From positions 1 to 35,634 of the IMG/VR virus record IMGVR_UViG_3300032292_000997: DNA of 35,634 nt; one strand, 5' to 3'. Under the pieces are notes generated by a model that was not told the origin of the DNA, did not search any database, and saw only the letters and a list, made by a program, of their open reading frames with translations. A program made the position numbers and the translations under genes. Shown here piece after piece: positions 26,665 through 34,373 of this stretch; positions within the stretch are counted from its first letter, which is position 1; the number at the start of each line of letters is the position of its first letter. Source of the stretch: a virus (lineage: Duplodnaviria; Caudoviricetes).

Positions 26665-27252
26665 ATGGATAGAGACTTATTAAAAGCATTAGATCAATTG
26701 CATGATGATCCGACCTACATAAAATTTGAAGATAAATTAATAAACGATAAGTTTAATGAAATCAAAAGTGAAATCATTGCTGAATTTAATAATCACCCTA
26801 TAACAAGAGAGATTGATGGCGGAATTGATGCGCCAAATTATTCCGGCACATTAAATGGAATTACCAATTTATATTCTTTTATTGGTTTTGATTCAGGAGA
26901 CGATCCAATAGCGCCAATCAGAATGATATTAAATAAATCTAATTTTAGAATAATAAGACAAAAAAAAGGCAGCGTATCAACTGTAGTGTTTGAAATACCA
27001 ACAGCTTCGCAAATATTTGCTGAAACACCTATGCCTTGGGCTGTTGGTAGAAGCTGGGCAAAAGGTATTGAAACAGGAATTTCTGGACTCGGTTATTATT
27101 TGAAAAAATCAAGAAACAGCCGATCTGGACTTGGCGTTCAATCACAAACTCAAATAAGACAAGGTGTAGTATTTAGAAATACAAAATACATTTCTGATCT
27201 AATAAATAGATATAATGTAAAAATTAAGAATTTAGAAAAACTAGTTATATGA
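26665..27252 (+). CDS. Putative neck / tail completion protein
   Basis: 195 aa with NLYSFIGF and SWAKGIETG; lies between closure-like and terminator-like genes. Confidence 0.45.
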   Translation: MDRDLLKALDQLHDDPTYIKFEDKLINDKFNEIKSEIIAEFNNHPITREIDGGIDAPNYSGTLNGITNLYSFIGFDSGDDPIAPIRMILNKSNFRIIRQKKGSVSTVVFEIPTASQIFAETPMPWAVGRSWAKGIETGISGLGYYLKKSRNSRSGLGVQSQTQIRQGVVFRNTKYISDLINRYNVKIKNLEKLVI

Positions 27253-28109
27253 AACCAGTATTCGCACATGACGTATTAAATAGTTTCTTTTTGTGGTTCG
27301 ATAATTTTGCAATGAAAAAAGGAGATGCTTATGTCACTTATACAACAAAATTGTATCCAATGACGGATGATAGAATAGGCGGAGGCAGAGTGATTTATTC
27401 ATCTCCATATAAACAATGGGTATACGATAAAAGCATTACAGGCGCAACTATACCATCTGGTTTTACAATAAATGGTTCTTTTGTACCAACAGGAACCAGC
27501 GGCATGGCTATTGATTTCGATAACGGTAGAATATTATTTAATAGCGGCGTTTCTAATAATTTAAATATAACAGGTACGTATACTGTTAAAGAGTTTAATA
27601 GTTATGTAACCGATCAACCTGAAGATAATTTAATTATTGAAGGCAAATTTGAATTGAATAGTAGATTCACTGTTACTGAAACAGGAATCGCTCCTTATAA
27701 TCCAGTAACGCCTGCTATTTTTGCTTCAATAGAAAATACTCATAATACGCCTTTTGCATTTGGCGGCGAAGATGAAACGAATTGTAATGTTAAATTAGTC
27801 GCTTTCTGTGAAAACTTATATCAGTTAGATGGTTTATTAAGCGTATTTTCTGATTCATTTAATGAGTGTTTTAGTTTGATACCAATGACTAAACATCCAT
27901 TGGGTGAATTCGGCGCAATTAAAACTGGATTATATCCAACTGGATATGATTACAATTCAACAAGCACAGCTTATAATGCAAATAAATTATTTATTTATCA
28001 CGTCGAAACTTCGAAAATTCGCGATAGCGTTCTAAAAGAATTAAATCCAACAATACATATCGGTTTCTTAGATTTCGATATAAAAGCTTATCGTTATCCA
28101 AGATTATAA
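27249..28109 (+). CDS. Putative tail terminator / neck protein
   Basis: ATGA overlap with the upstream gene; TPAIFAS...C-terminal IGFLDFDI strand; directly before the tail tube. Confidence 0.5.
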   Translation: MKPVFAHDVLNSFFLWFDNFAMKKGDAYVTYTTKLYPMTDDRIGGGRVIYSSPYKQWVYDKSITGATIPSGFTINGSFVPTGTSGMAIDFDNGRILFNSGVSNNLNITGTYTVKEFNSYVTDQPEDNLIIEGKFELNSRFTVTETGIAPYNPVTPAIFASIENTHNTPFAFGGEDETNCNVKLVAFCENLYQLDGLLSVFSDSFNECFSLIPMTKHPLGEFGAIKTGLYPTGYDYNSTSTAYNANKLFIYHVETSKIRDSVLKELNPTIHIGFLDFDIKAYRYPRL

Positions 28110-28168
28110 ATTTCACATTATAAAATATCTACTGTAAAAAAGATTAACATTTTAACAAATAAAACTAT

Positions 28169-29422
28169 ATGGCAAGAAATCGTGTAATATATCAAAGTCA
28201 AGCTTTATTTATCGCTCCAACTTCTACTGGAGCACAAGTAGCCAAGGTTGGCAGCACAGTTGGAGCTTATGGACCAACATCAAGTGCTGAATTAATAGCA
28301 GGAACCGGACTACTTAAAAAACTAGATCGCGTACAAAGTTGTAATTTCAATTTTACAATTAATCGCCAAGACATCAATGAATTCGGCAAACTAGCTCGTT
28401 TAGATTCTATTGTTATGGAATCTCCAACAGTTGGTTTAGATTTCAGCTACTATGTAACTGACGGCTTGAATGAAAGATTACTTGGTTTTAATATCACAGG
28501 TGGTACTAATGATACTTCTACAGTATTAAATGCCCAATCTGTTTCAGGATTATTAGCTGATCTAGAAGGTAACAATTATTATATTCTTACCGTACAAGAA
28601 GGTGAAGACGTTGTAGGATCAGCTTCCTCAACACCACCCGCCAATACAAATACAGTTGTTGGCATCGGTAACGGATTTATCAGCGAATACTCTTTTGAAG
28701 CTGCTGTAGGCGCAATTCCTACAGCTTCAGTTACTGTTGAAGGTTTCAATATTAAAGCTGATGCTGGTGTTGGAAATGCTGGTGGAGCTATCACAGGAAC
28801 ATCACCTGCGATTGATATTACCGCATCTCCTGCTACTAAATTGACAAGCCTAGCAACAGCTTATGGTTTATCAGGCGCATTTACAACTGGTTCTTCACAA
28901 GTTACAGCATTACGCCCCGGCGATATTGTGTTATCACTACCTTCTGTAAGCGATGGTTTCTCAGACATTAATGGTGATGGTTCAGCACACATTCAGTCAT
29001 TCTCATTCACATTACCACTCAGCAGAACAGTTCTACAAAGACTTGGCAATACATTCGGTTTTGCAAGAGTTGTCGATGTTCCAATAAATGTTGATGTAAC
29101 AATCAATGCAATCGTTTCAGAATTAAGCAGCAAAAACATATTTGATAATCTTTGTTCTGCCGATAAGCGTAATATGCAAATCCTACTTAAAGATTGCAAC
29201 AACGCTAATAAATTATGGTTTGGCATTTCCGGTGCCATATTCCAATCTGAAACTTATTCTCAGAACTTAGGAGATAATCAAACTGTTGATTTAACTTATA
29301 CAGTTCAAATCGGCGGTGCAAACGATATCGAAAACGGCATCTTCATGTCAGGTTCATTTACAGCAGACTCAATTGTAAATAACTTCTTCAAGCTTGGAAC
29401 TGCCAAAACTGGCATTATCTAA
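28169..29422 (+). CDS. Major tail tube protein
   Basis: MARNRVIYQS start, G/S/T/A-rich two-lobed beta pattern (RVQSCNFNFTINRQDINEFG; IQSFSFTLPLSRTVLQRLG), followed by a strong terminator. Confidence 0.8.
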   Translation: MARNRVIYQSQALFIAPTSTGAQVAKVGSTVGAYGPTSSAELIAGTGLLKKLDRVQSCNFNFTINRQDINEFGKLARLDSIVMESPTVGLDFSYYVTDGLNERLLGFNITGGTNDTSTVLNAQSVSGLLADLEGNNYYILTVQEGEDVVGSASSTPPANTNTVVGIGNGFISEYSFEAAVGAIPTASVTVEGFNIKADAGVGNAGGAITGTSPAIDITASPATKLTSLATAYGLSGAFTTGSSQVTALRPGDIVLSLPSVSDGFSDINGDGSAHIQSFSFTLPLSRTVLQRLGNTFGFARVVDVPINVDVTINAIVSELSSKNIFDNLCSADKRNMQILLKDCNNANKLWFGISGAIFQSETYSQNLGDNQTVDLTYTVQIGGANDIENGIFMSGSFTADSIVNNFFKLGTAKTGII

Positions 29423-29438
29423 ATAATATAAAACAAAG

Positions 29439-29467
29439 AAACCCCAGTCGAAAGACTGGGGTTTTTT
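29439..29467 (+). terminator. Rho-independent terminator, probably bidirectional
   Basis: AAACCCCAGTC-GAAA-GACTGGGGTTT perfect 11-bp stem with GNRA loop, T-tract downstream and A-rich tract upstream; between convergent genes. Confidence 0.93.
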
Positions 29468-29486
29468 ATTATATATTTAATTTATT

Positions 29487-30002
29487 TTATAAATAATTTC
29501 CATATCCATAAGGATAATAGAAATAACCAGAACCAGTATATAAAGGTGAACCATCTTCACCAGCAACTTGAACTGGTGCAGCTTGATAAATTGTATATGA
29601 AGTAATTAGCTTATCTAATTCTTGCATAGCATCATTAGCTAATGTACGATAAGTTTTAGCTAATTCGTTTTTATTTGTTCTAGTAATAGCTGTATCACCT
29701 TCGCGCAAAGAGATAAAATCAACAGCTGAATCAACACCACGTAACACTTGGCGTGTTTTTTTGGTATAAAACTCATACAAATACATTTGCTTATATATTG
29801 CGCGTTCCTCTTGTCTGAAAGCTCCAGATGGCATAAAGTTGCCATTCTCTACTTCAAAAGAACTATATATGCGATTATTCAATTGACCAACATTATTGGC
29901 TAACCAGCCGCTAATAAAATAAAATTGCGCATAACCGCTATCATATTCAAATTCATTAGCAAAAATTTCATCAGCCAAATCATGTACACTATATGTTACC
30001 AT
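29487..30002 (-). CDS. Hypothetical protein, possible head-tail adaptor
   Basis: 171-aa helical ORF with ISLREGDTAITR hairpin, next to the neck/tube block, preceded by the GTGTAA motif. Confidence 0.5.
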   Translation of the reverse strand: MVTYSVHDLADEIFANEFEYDSGYAQFYFISGWLANNVGQLNNRIYSSFEVENGNFMPSGAFRQEERAIYKQMYLYEFYTKKTRQVLRGVDSAVDFISLREGDTAITRTNKNELAKTYRTLANDAMQELDKLITSYTIYQAAPVQVAGEDGSPLYTGSGYFYYPYGYGNYL

Positions 30003-30010
30003 ACATATGA

Positions 30011-30016
30011 TTACAC
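30011..30016 (-). promoter_or_regulatory. GTGTAA upstream motif of 29487-30002
   Basis: GTGTAA-tcatatgt-ATG, 8-nt spacer. Confidence 0.6.
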
Positions 30017-30019
30017 TTA

Positions 30020-30565
30020 TTAGATATAAACAGAACCAGATGTGTACAAATATCCATTTCCGGTAATAGTAAACTCGTTATTGGAAACAACCACTGAATA
30101 AACTCCCGTTTGTGATTCTACAGCATTAGAAACAGTATAAGTATCAGATGTCGCGCCGACTATTGGTGTTCCATTTATATTCCATTGATATAAATAAGAA
30201 CCAGTTGGATAAGATTCAATAGCACAGTTAAATGTATAATCTGCAACACCAGTATAAGTATTGAATTGGGGATACTGAGTAAACTTTAAATAATGTCTCC
30301 AATCTAAACCAACTTTGCGTAATATAACATTTGAAAGATATTTATAATCTTCTTCATCTGTTTGATCACAAGGCCAATTTTGCCAATCGTCACCGTCAAT
30401 ACGTACATATTGACCATCAAACGGTAAACCATTTGGATTTAACATTTCAACCCATAAGCAAGGCCCACGAAGTGGACCCATAAAATCGAAATTTCCTAAT
30501 ACCGCTTTCAAACTTGCAACATTTTTTTCAGATGTTGGTTGAGTTTCTATATAAACTGTATCCAT
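30020..30565 (-). CDS. Ig-like domain protein (virion decoration candidate)
   Basis: FTQYPQ...TFNC...YQWNINGTPIVGATSDTYTVSN....TGVYSVVVSN is an I-set-like Ig signature. Confidence 0.8.
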   Translation of the reverse strand: MDTVYIETQPTSEKNVASLKAVLGNFDFMGPLRGPCLWVEMLNPNGLPFDGQYVRIDGDDWQNWPCDQTDEEDYKYLSNVILRKVGLDWRHYLKFTQYPQFNTYTGVADYTFNCAIESYPTGSYLYQWNINGTPIVGATSDTYTVSNAVESQTGVYSVVVSNNEFTITGNGYLYTSGSVYI

Positions 30566-30574
30566 AATTATTAT

Positions 30575-30580
30575 TTACAC
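30575..30580 (-). promoter_or_regulatory. GTGTAA upstream motif of the Ig-domain gene
   Basis: GTGTAA-ataataatt-ATG, 9-nt spacer. Confidence 0.6.
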
Positions 30581-30631
30581 GATATAAAAATATATAGAAG
30601 TAAATAGTAGAACGATATAATTTATATTAAA

Positions 30632-31318
30632 TTATATACCAAAACGCCCACGTTGAGAATTGAAATTTTGCAATCTTTCGTTATCTGATAAAAATTTACT
30701 GTAAACCCGAAATATTGGCATATATCCATTAAGATATCCCACATTACCAGCTGTATTTCCTCCTATAGAAAAAACTGTACCACCAGAAAAATCATTGCCT
30801 GAACCTCCTGATAAACCGCTGCGAGTATCGATTAGATTTAAATTAACATATCTATACATTGAATTATCTGTTGATCTTCCGATAAGTACATGAGCCCATG
30901 TATTTGTATTTATAATTCCTGCCGAAAGAGCATTAAAAAGAACGTGGCCAGCAGTTGTAGTAGATAAGGAATGACTTATATCTATACCATCTCCACCCGT
31001 TCCACCAGATCTACTGTTAAAAATAAATCCTGAATCAGTTGATTTGTAATACCAAAATTCTAAAGTAAAAGCGCCCGATCCCAATCCACCAGAAACTGTG
31101 CAGGTTGCGTAATCATCAGAACCATCAAATATAATACTGCCACCTTTTACACTACTAAAAATAGTTTGTGCTCCAAAATTATTTAATGTAGCAGTTCTGC
31201 GATTTCCGCTAATATCGTTCCAACTTGTACCACTGCGCGGATAACTTTTTATGTCCGCAGCATCTAAACATAAAGATAATCCACTTTTTACCACTAAAGG
31301 TCCATTATTTGTTGCCAT
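30632..31318 (-). CDS. LamG/concanavalin A-like lectin domain protein
   Basis: GLSLCLDAA...WNDISG...FDGSDDY...FTLEFW...WAHV...FRVYSKFLS..E..QNFN. Confidence 0.85.
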   Translation of the reverse strand: MATNNGPLVVKSGLSLCLDAADIKSYPRSGTSWNDISGNRRTATLNNFGAQTIFSSVKGGSIIFDGSDDYATCTVSGGLGSGAFTLEFWYYKSTDSGFIFNSRSGGTGGDGIDISHSLSTTTAGHVLFNALSAGIINTNTWAHVLIGRSTDNSMYRYVNLNLIDTRSGLSGGSGNDFSGGTVFSIGGNTAGNVGYLNGYMPIFRVYSKFLSDNERLQNFNSQRGRFGI

Positions 31319-31378
31319 AAAAATATATAATATATTACACTATATACCAAAACGCCCACGTTGAGTATTGAAATTTTG
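30633..31378. repeat. 38-bp direct repeat (1 mismatch) at the 3' ends of the two LamG genes: 30633-30670 and 31341-31378
   Basis: tatataccaaaacgcccacgttgag(a/t)attgaaattttg in both copies. Confidence 0.92.
31335..31340 (-). promoter_or_regulatory. GTGTAA upstream motif of LamG gene 30632-31318
   Basis: GTGTAA overlapping the upstream TAG stop; 16-nt spacer to ATG. Confidence 0.5.
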
Positions 31379-32110
31379 TGTTACTTCTGCTTGAGATAAT
31401 GTTTTGCTGTATAAACGAACTATTGAATAAGCTCCTTTATTAGTTTCAGTACCAGTATTTGAAATAGCACCTAAACAGTTCATGCCAATTGTAATATTAT
31501 TAGCTCCAGAATAAGCCGTTTGTGTATATCCTGTAGAAGCTTGACTAACAGAATTTATATAATGATTGAAAGTTATAGTACCACCACTAGTACTCCAACT
31601 AAATACTAATTGACGATATATATTATCGTTATAAGTTGTTGTACCACCAAATGGACCCGGATTACCTTTATACCATAAACTATAATAATTAGCTGCATTA
31701 TTACGAGCTAAACAAAAAAATGTGCTAAAATCATTATTTGTTCCTTGGGTAAATGTGCTGTCAGATCCAGTTCCAGCATCATTTGCAACACTGATTAAGC
31801 GGCTATAATCTAGACCACCCAAAACTCCGTCATATGTTCTATACCATATTTCAACAGTACCGTTTGCAGCTATATTATTTATAATAGTATTATTTCTACT
31901 TCTCGCGTAATCGTTACTTCCGTCAAATCTTAATTCGCCACCATAACTACTATTAAAAGTCGGACTATTATATAAAGTAAAATTATTGCTTCTGCCACTT
32001 AAATCATTCCAATTAGTAGCGCCTGAACCAGAAAGACTTTTTTTATCAGCCGCATCTAAATACAAAGCTAATCCATTTGTTACTATTTTTGGGCCTCTAT
32101 GTGTTGCCAT
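31340..32110 (-). CDS. LamG/concanavalin A-like lectin domain protein (paralogue of 30632-31318)
   Basis: IVTNGLALYLDAA...WNDLSG...FDGSNDY...TVEIW...VRLYSKTLSQAEVTQNFN. Confidence 0.85.
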   Translation of the reverse strand: MATHRGPKIVTNGLALYLDAADKKSLSGSGATNWNDLSGRSNNFTLYNSPTFNSSYGGELRFDGSNDYARSRNNTIINNIAANGTVEIWYRTYDGVLGGLDYSRLISVANDAGTGSDSTFTQGTNNDFSTFFCLARNNAANYYSLWYKGNPGPFGGTTTYNDNIYRQLVFSWSTSGGTITFNHYINSVSQASTGYTQTAYSGANNITIGMNCLGAISNTGTETNKGAYSIVRLYSKTLSQAEVTQNFNTQRGRFGI

Positions 32111-32118
32111 AAATTAAA

Positions 32119-32124
32119 TTACAC
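32119..32124 (-). promoter_or_regulatory. GTGTAA upstream motif of LamG gene 31340-32110
   Basis: GTGTAA-tttaattt-ATG, 8-nt spacer. Confidence 0.6.
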
Positions 32125-32157
32125 TACTTAAAGTATTTTTTAGCATCGTAATCTTTT

Positions 32158-32697
32158 TCAATAATAGAAATCTTCTTTAACTACTTCATTTTTCTTCTTC
32201 AATGCGGCAATGCCTTGTCCATCAGTAATTATTTCAATCAAATCATAATACTTTAATGACATTTGATAATCTGAACGATTAAAGTCATGAATAAAAACAA
32301 TAGCATTTTCATCAATTATGTTCCAAAGATATTTCGCGCAATACTTTCGCGCTCTTCCATCAATTAAAACTTTTGTGAAGTTTAATTTTCTTGTTTCTGG
32401 AATATGAATATAATCTTTAAACTGTTCATATCTACAAGGTTTAGGATCGGGAGAATGAGCGGGTTGATGTATTAGTTCTATATTTTTAATACTATAAGCA
32501 TCAATAATTTTTTTGATATTATTTATCCAATCAACATCATGTTCAATAGAAATTACATTTTTGACTAGTCCAGAAAAATAAATAGTACTGTTGCCGCTTC
32601 CAAATTCTAAAAGAGTATCGTTTTTATTCAAATATTTCTCTATTAATTTATACTCATGTTGGTGCATGAGTGGGCGAAAAGAATTAAATTTATTCAT
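32158..32697 (-). CDS. Class I SAM-dependent methyltransferase (probably glycan/small-molecule)
   Basis: LLEFGSGNST motif I, VISIEHD, VLIDGRAR..C, VFIHDF; ATGA overlap with the upstream glycosyltransferase. Confidence 0.85.
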   Translation of the reverse strand: MNKFNSFRPLMHQHEYKLIEKYLNKNDTLLEFGSGNSTIYFSGLVKNVISIEHDVDWINNIKKIIDAYSIKNIELIHQPAHSPDPKPCRYEQFKDYIHIPETRKLNFTKVLIDGRARKYCAKYLWNIIDENAIVFIHDFNRSDYQMSLKYYDLIEIITDGQGIAALKKKNEVVKEDFYY

Positions 32698-34295
32698 TTG
32701 TCATTCTCGTAAATCTCTAATACTTCTTTTACAACAGTATCAACGTCTGGCAAATAATCATATAATGTTTTTCCTTTTGGAATAAGATCAATAGTATCAT
32801 GCTTGAATTCTGTATGACGTATTTCAAGCCCATCTAATAATAAATCTTTTCTCAAAGCTTTAGTTTTATAAGATTGAGTGCCATTTCGATAAGGCAAGAT
32901 ATGATCTTCATGCTTGCATGTCGGAAATGTAACAATCCAATTATCAAATGCTCCTGCTATATGCAATGGCGAAGAATCGTTAGTTACAAGGCAACGAGAT
33001 AAAGATATCAAAGCAAACATTTGACCAAGTGTAGTAAGATCACGCAAATCATATCCATCTTTCGGCACATCAATATTTAAATATCCTTGTTTTTCATCTA
33101 TTGTTTTGCCAATCAATACAACAGTTAATTTTTCTGATAATTTATTTACAATTTCTTGCCACCATTCTTTAGGCAGAGTTTTAGAAGGCCACCATTTTCC
33201 TGCGTGTACAATAACTGTAGGCTTTTCTTTATTTTTATCTTTTAATAAATCAATAATATAAGACACATCATCTGCTTCTAATTTTAATTGTATTGTTTTT
33301 TCTGAATGTGGGATAGTTCTTTTAATCATTGACATTGAAGCAAAATCGGTAGGATGAAATAAAACATGCGACATTTTATGTTCTGATACTTCATCATCAG
33401 GACAAGTATTCATGATAATAACTGAATCATTTATACCTTTCCATTGATCGAAATCTACAACAGGACAACTTAAATGTTCAAATAATCTTGGAAAATGAGA
33501 TACAACTGTAATATTTGCGTCTGGATATAGTTTTTGCGTATATCTAATCGCTGGCTCAGAACACAATTGATCACCCATACCGGCTGTGACAGATATAACG
33601 ATATTGCGCTTATATTTATATCCATCTATTTTATCGTTTTTCCACTGATTAATATCTTTAGCCACGACATCTGATTGAATATCTTTTGGAGCGCCTGCAT
33701 AATGCACTACATAAGAGTTTAAGCGGGAAACACCACAAAATCTATCAAGAATATCCATTCTATTATAATCATAATGCAAATCATGCATTTCGATTTTATC
33801 ATTTAATATTCTGAGATTTATATATGGTTGATCTGTTTCAACAAAATCAATGCCGCGAGGTAATGCAAAAATCTGTTTGTGAATACGAGAAATAACCATC
33901 ACACCAGAATTATAAAACTTACCATTCCATTTCTTTAATGGTTCCTTGTAATATTCTGAAGCTTGCTCAAGATATTCAAATCTTGGAGCATATCTACCTT
34001 CATTAAACATTCCAAGTTTATTTTCTGGCACAATATCAAAAAGATTAGGGCAATCATCTCTTATTAAAATATCAATATCAAAATAAATAATTCTGTGATA
34101 TTGATTTAAAAGTTCATGGATATGAAATTTATTCCATTTTTGGGTAATGTAATATTTATTGAATTCTGTGATGTTCAAAAAATCAGCACCAATTTTTTCT
34201 GCGTATGCCTGTATAGACGGCAACGTCAATTTTGAAAGTTCATTATAATAATCACCAATGGATATTGTTAAAACGAGATTTTTCTTTTTGATCAT
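32694..34295 (-). CDS. Two-domain glycosyltransferase: GT8-like GT-A domain fused to GT9 (heptosyltransferase)-like GT-B domain
   Basis: N-half: IIYFDIDILI (DxD), YNSGVMV, DQPYINL, VHYAG. C-half: GMGDQL..PAIR, KTLPKEWW, DLRDLTTL..ALI...VTNDSSPLHIAGA. Confidence 0.88.
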   Translation of the reverse strand: MIKKKNLVLTISIGDYYNELSKLTLPSIQAYAEKIGADFLNITEFNKYYITQKWNKFHIHELLNQYHRIIYFDIDILIRDDCPNLFDIVPENKLGMFNEGRYAPRFEYLEQASEYYKEPLKKWNGKFYNSGVMVISRIHKQIFALPRGIDFVETDQPYINLRILNDKIEMHDLHYDYNRMDILDRFCGVSRLNSYVVHYAGAPKDIQSDVVAKDINQWKNDKIDGYKYKRNIVISVTAGMGDQLCSEPAIRYTQKLYPDANITVVSHFPRLFEHLSCPVVDFDQWKGINDSVIIMNTCPDDEVSEHKMSHVLFHPTDFASMSMIKRTIPHSEKTIQLKLEADDVSYIIDLLKDKNKEKPTVIVHAGKWWPSKTLPKEWWQEIVNKLSEKLTVVLIGKTIDEKQGYLNIDVPKDGYDLRDLTTLGQMFALISLSRCLVTNDSSPLHIAGAFDNWIVTFPTCKHEDHILPYRNGTQSYKTKALRKDLLLDGLEIRHTEFKHDTIDLIPKGKTLYDYLPDVDTVVKEVLEIYENDK

Positions 34296-34373
34296 GATGT
34301 CGATATGTTACATCATATAATAATTCAAAAATTAAAAATTGCTAAAGAATTTTACAAAGAAAAAATAATAAAA

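Noticed and set aside
14055-29422. Contractile injection system (eCIS, T6SS, tailocin)
   Set aside because: No sheath, baseplate wedge, VgrG or PAAR genes seen; the tip genes are lambda-like and neck-like genes are present.
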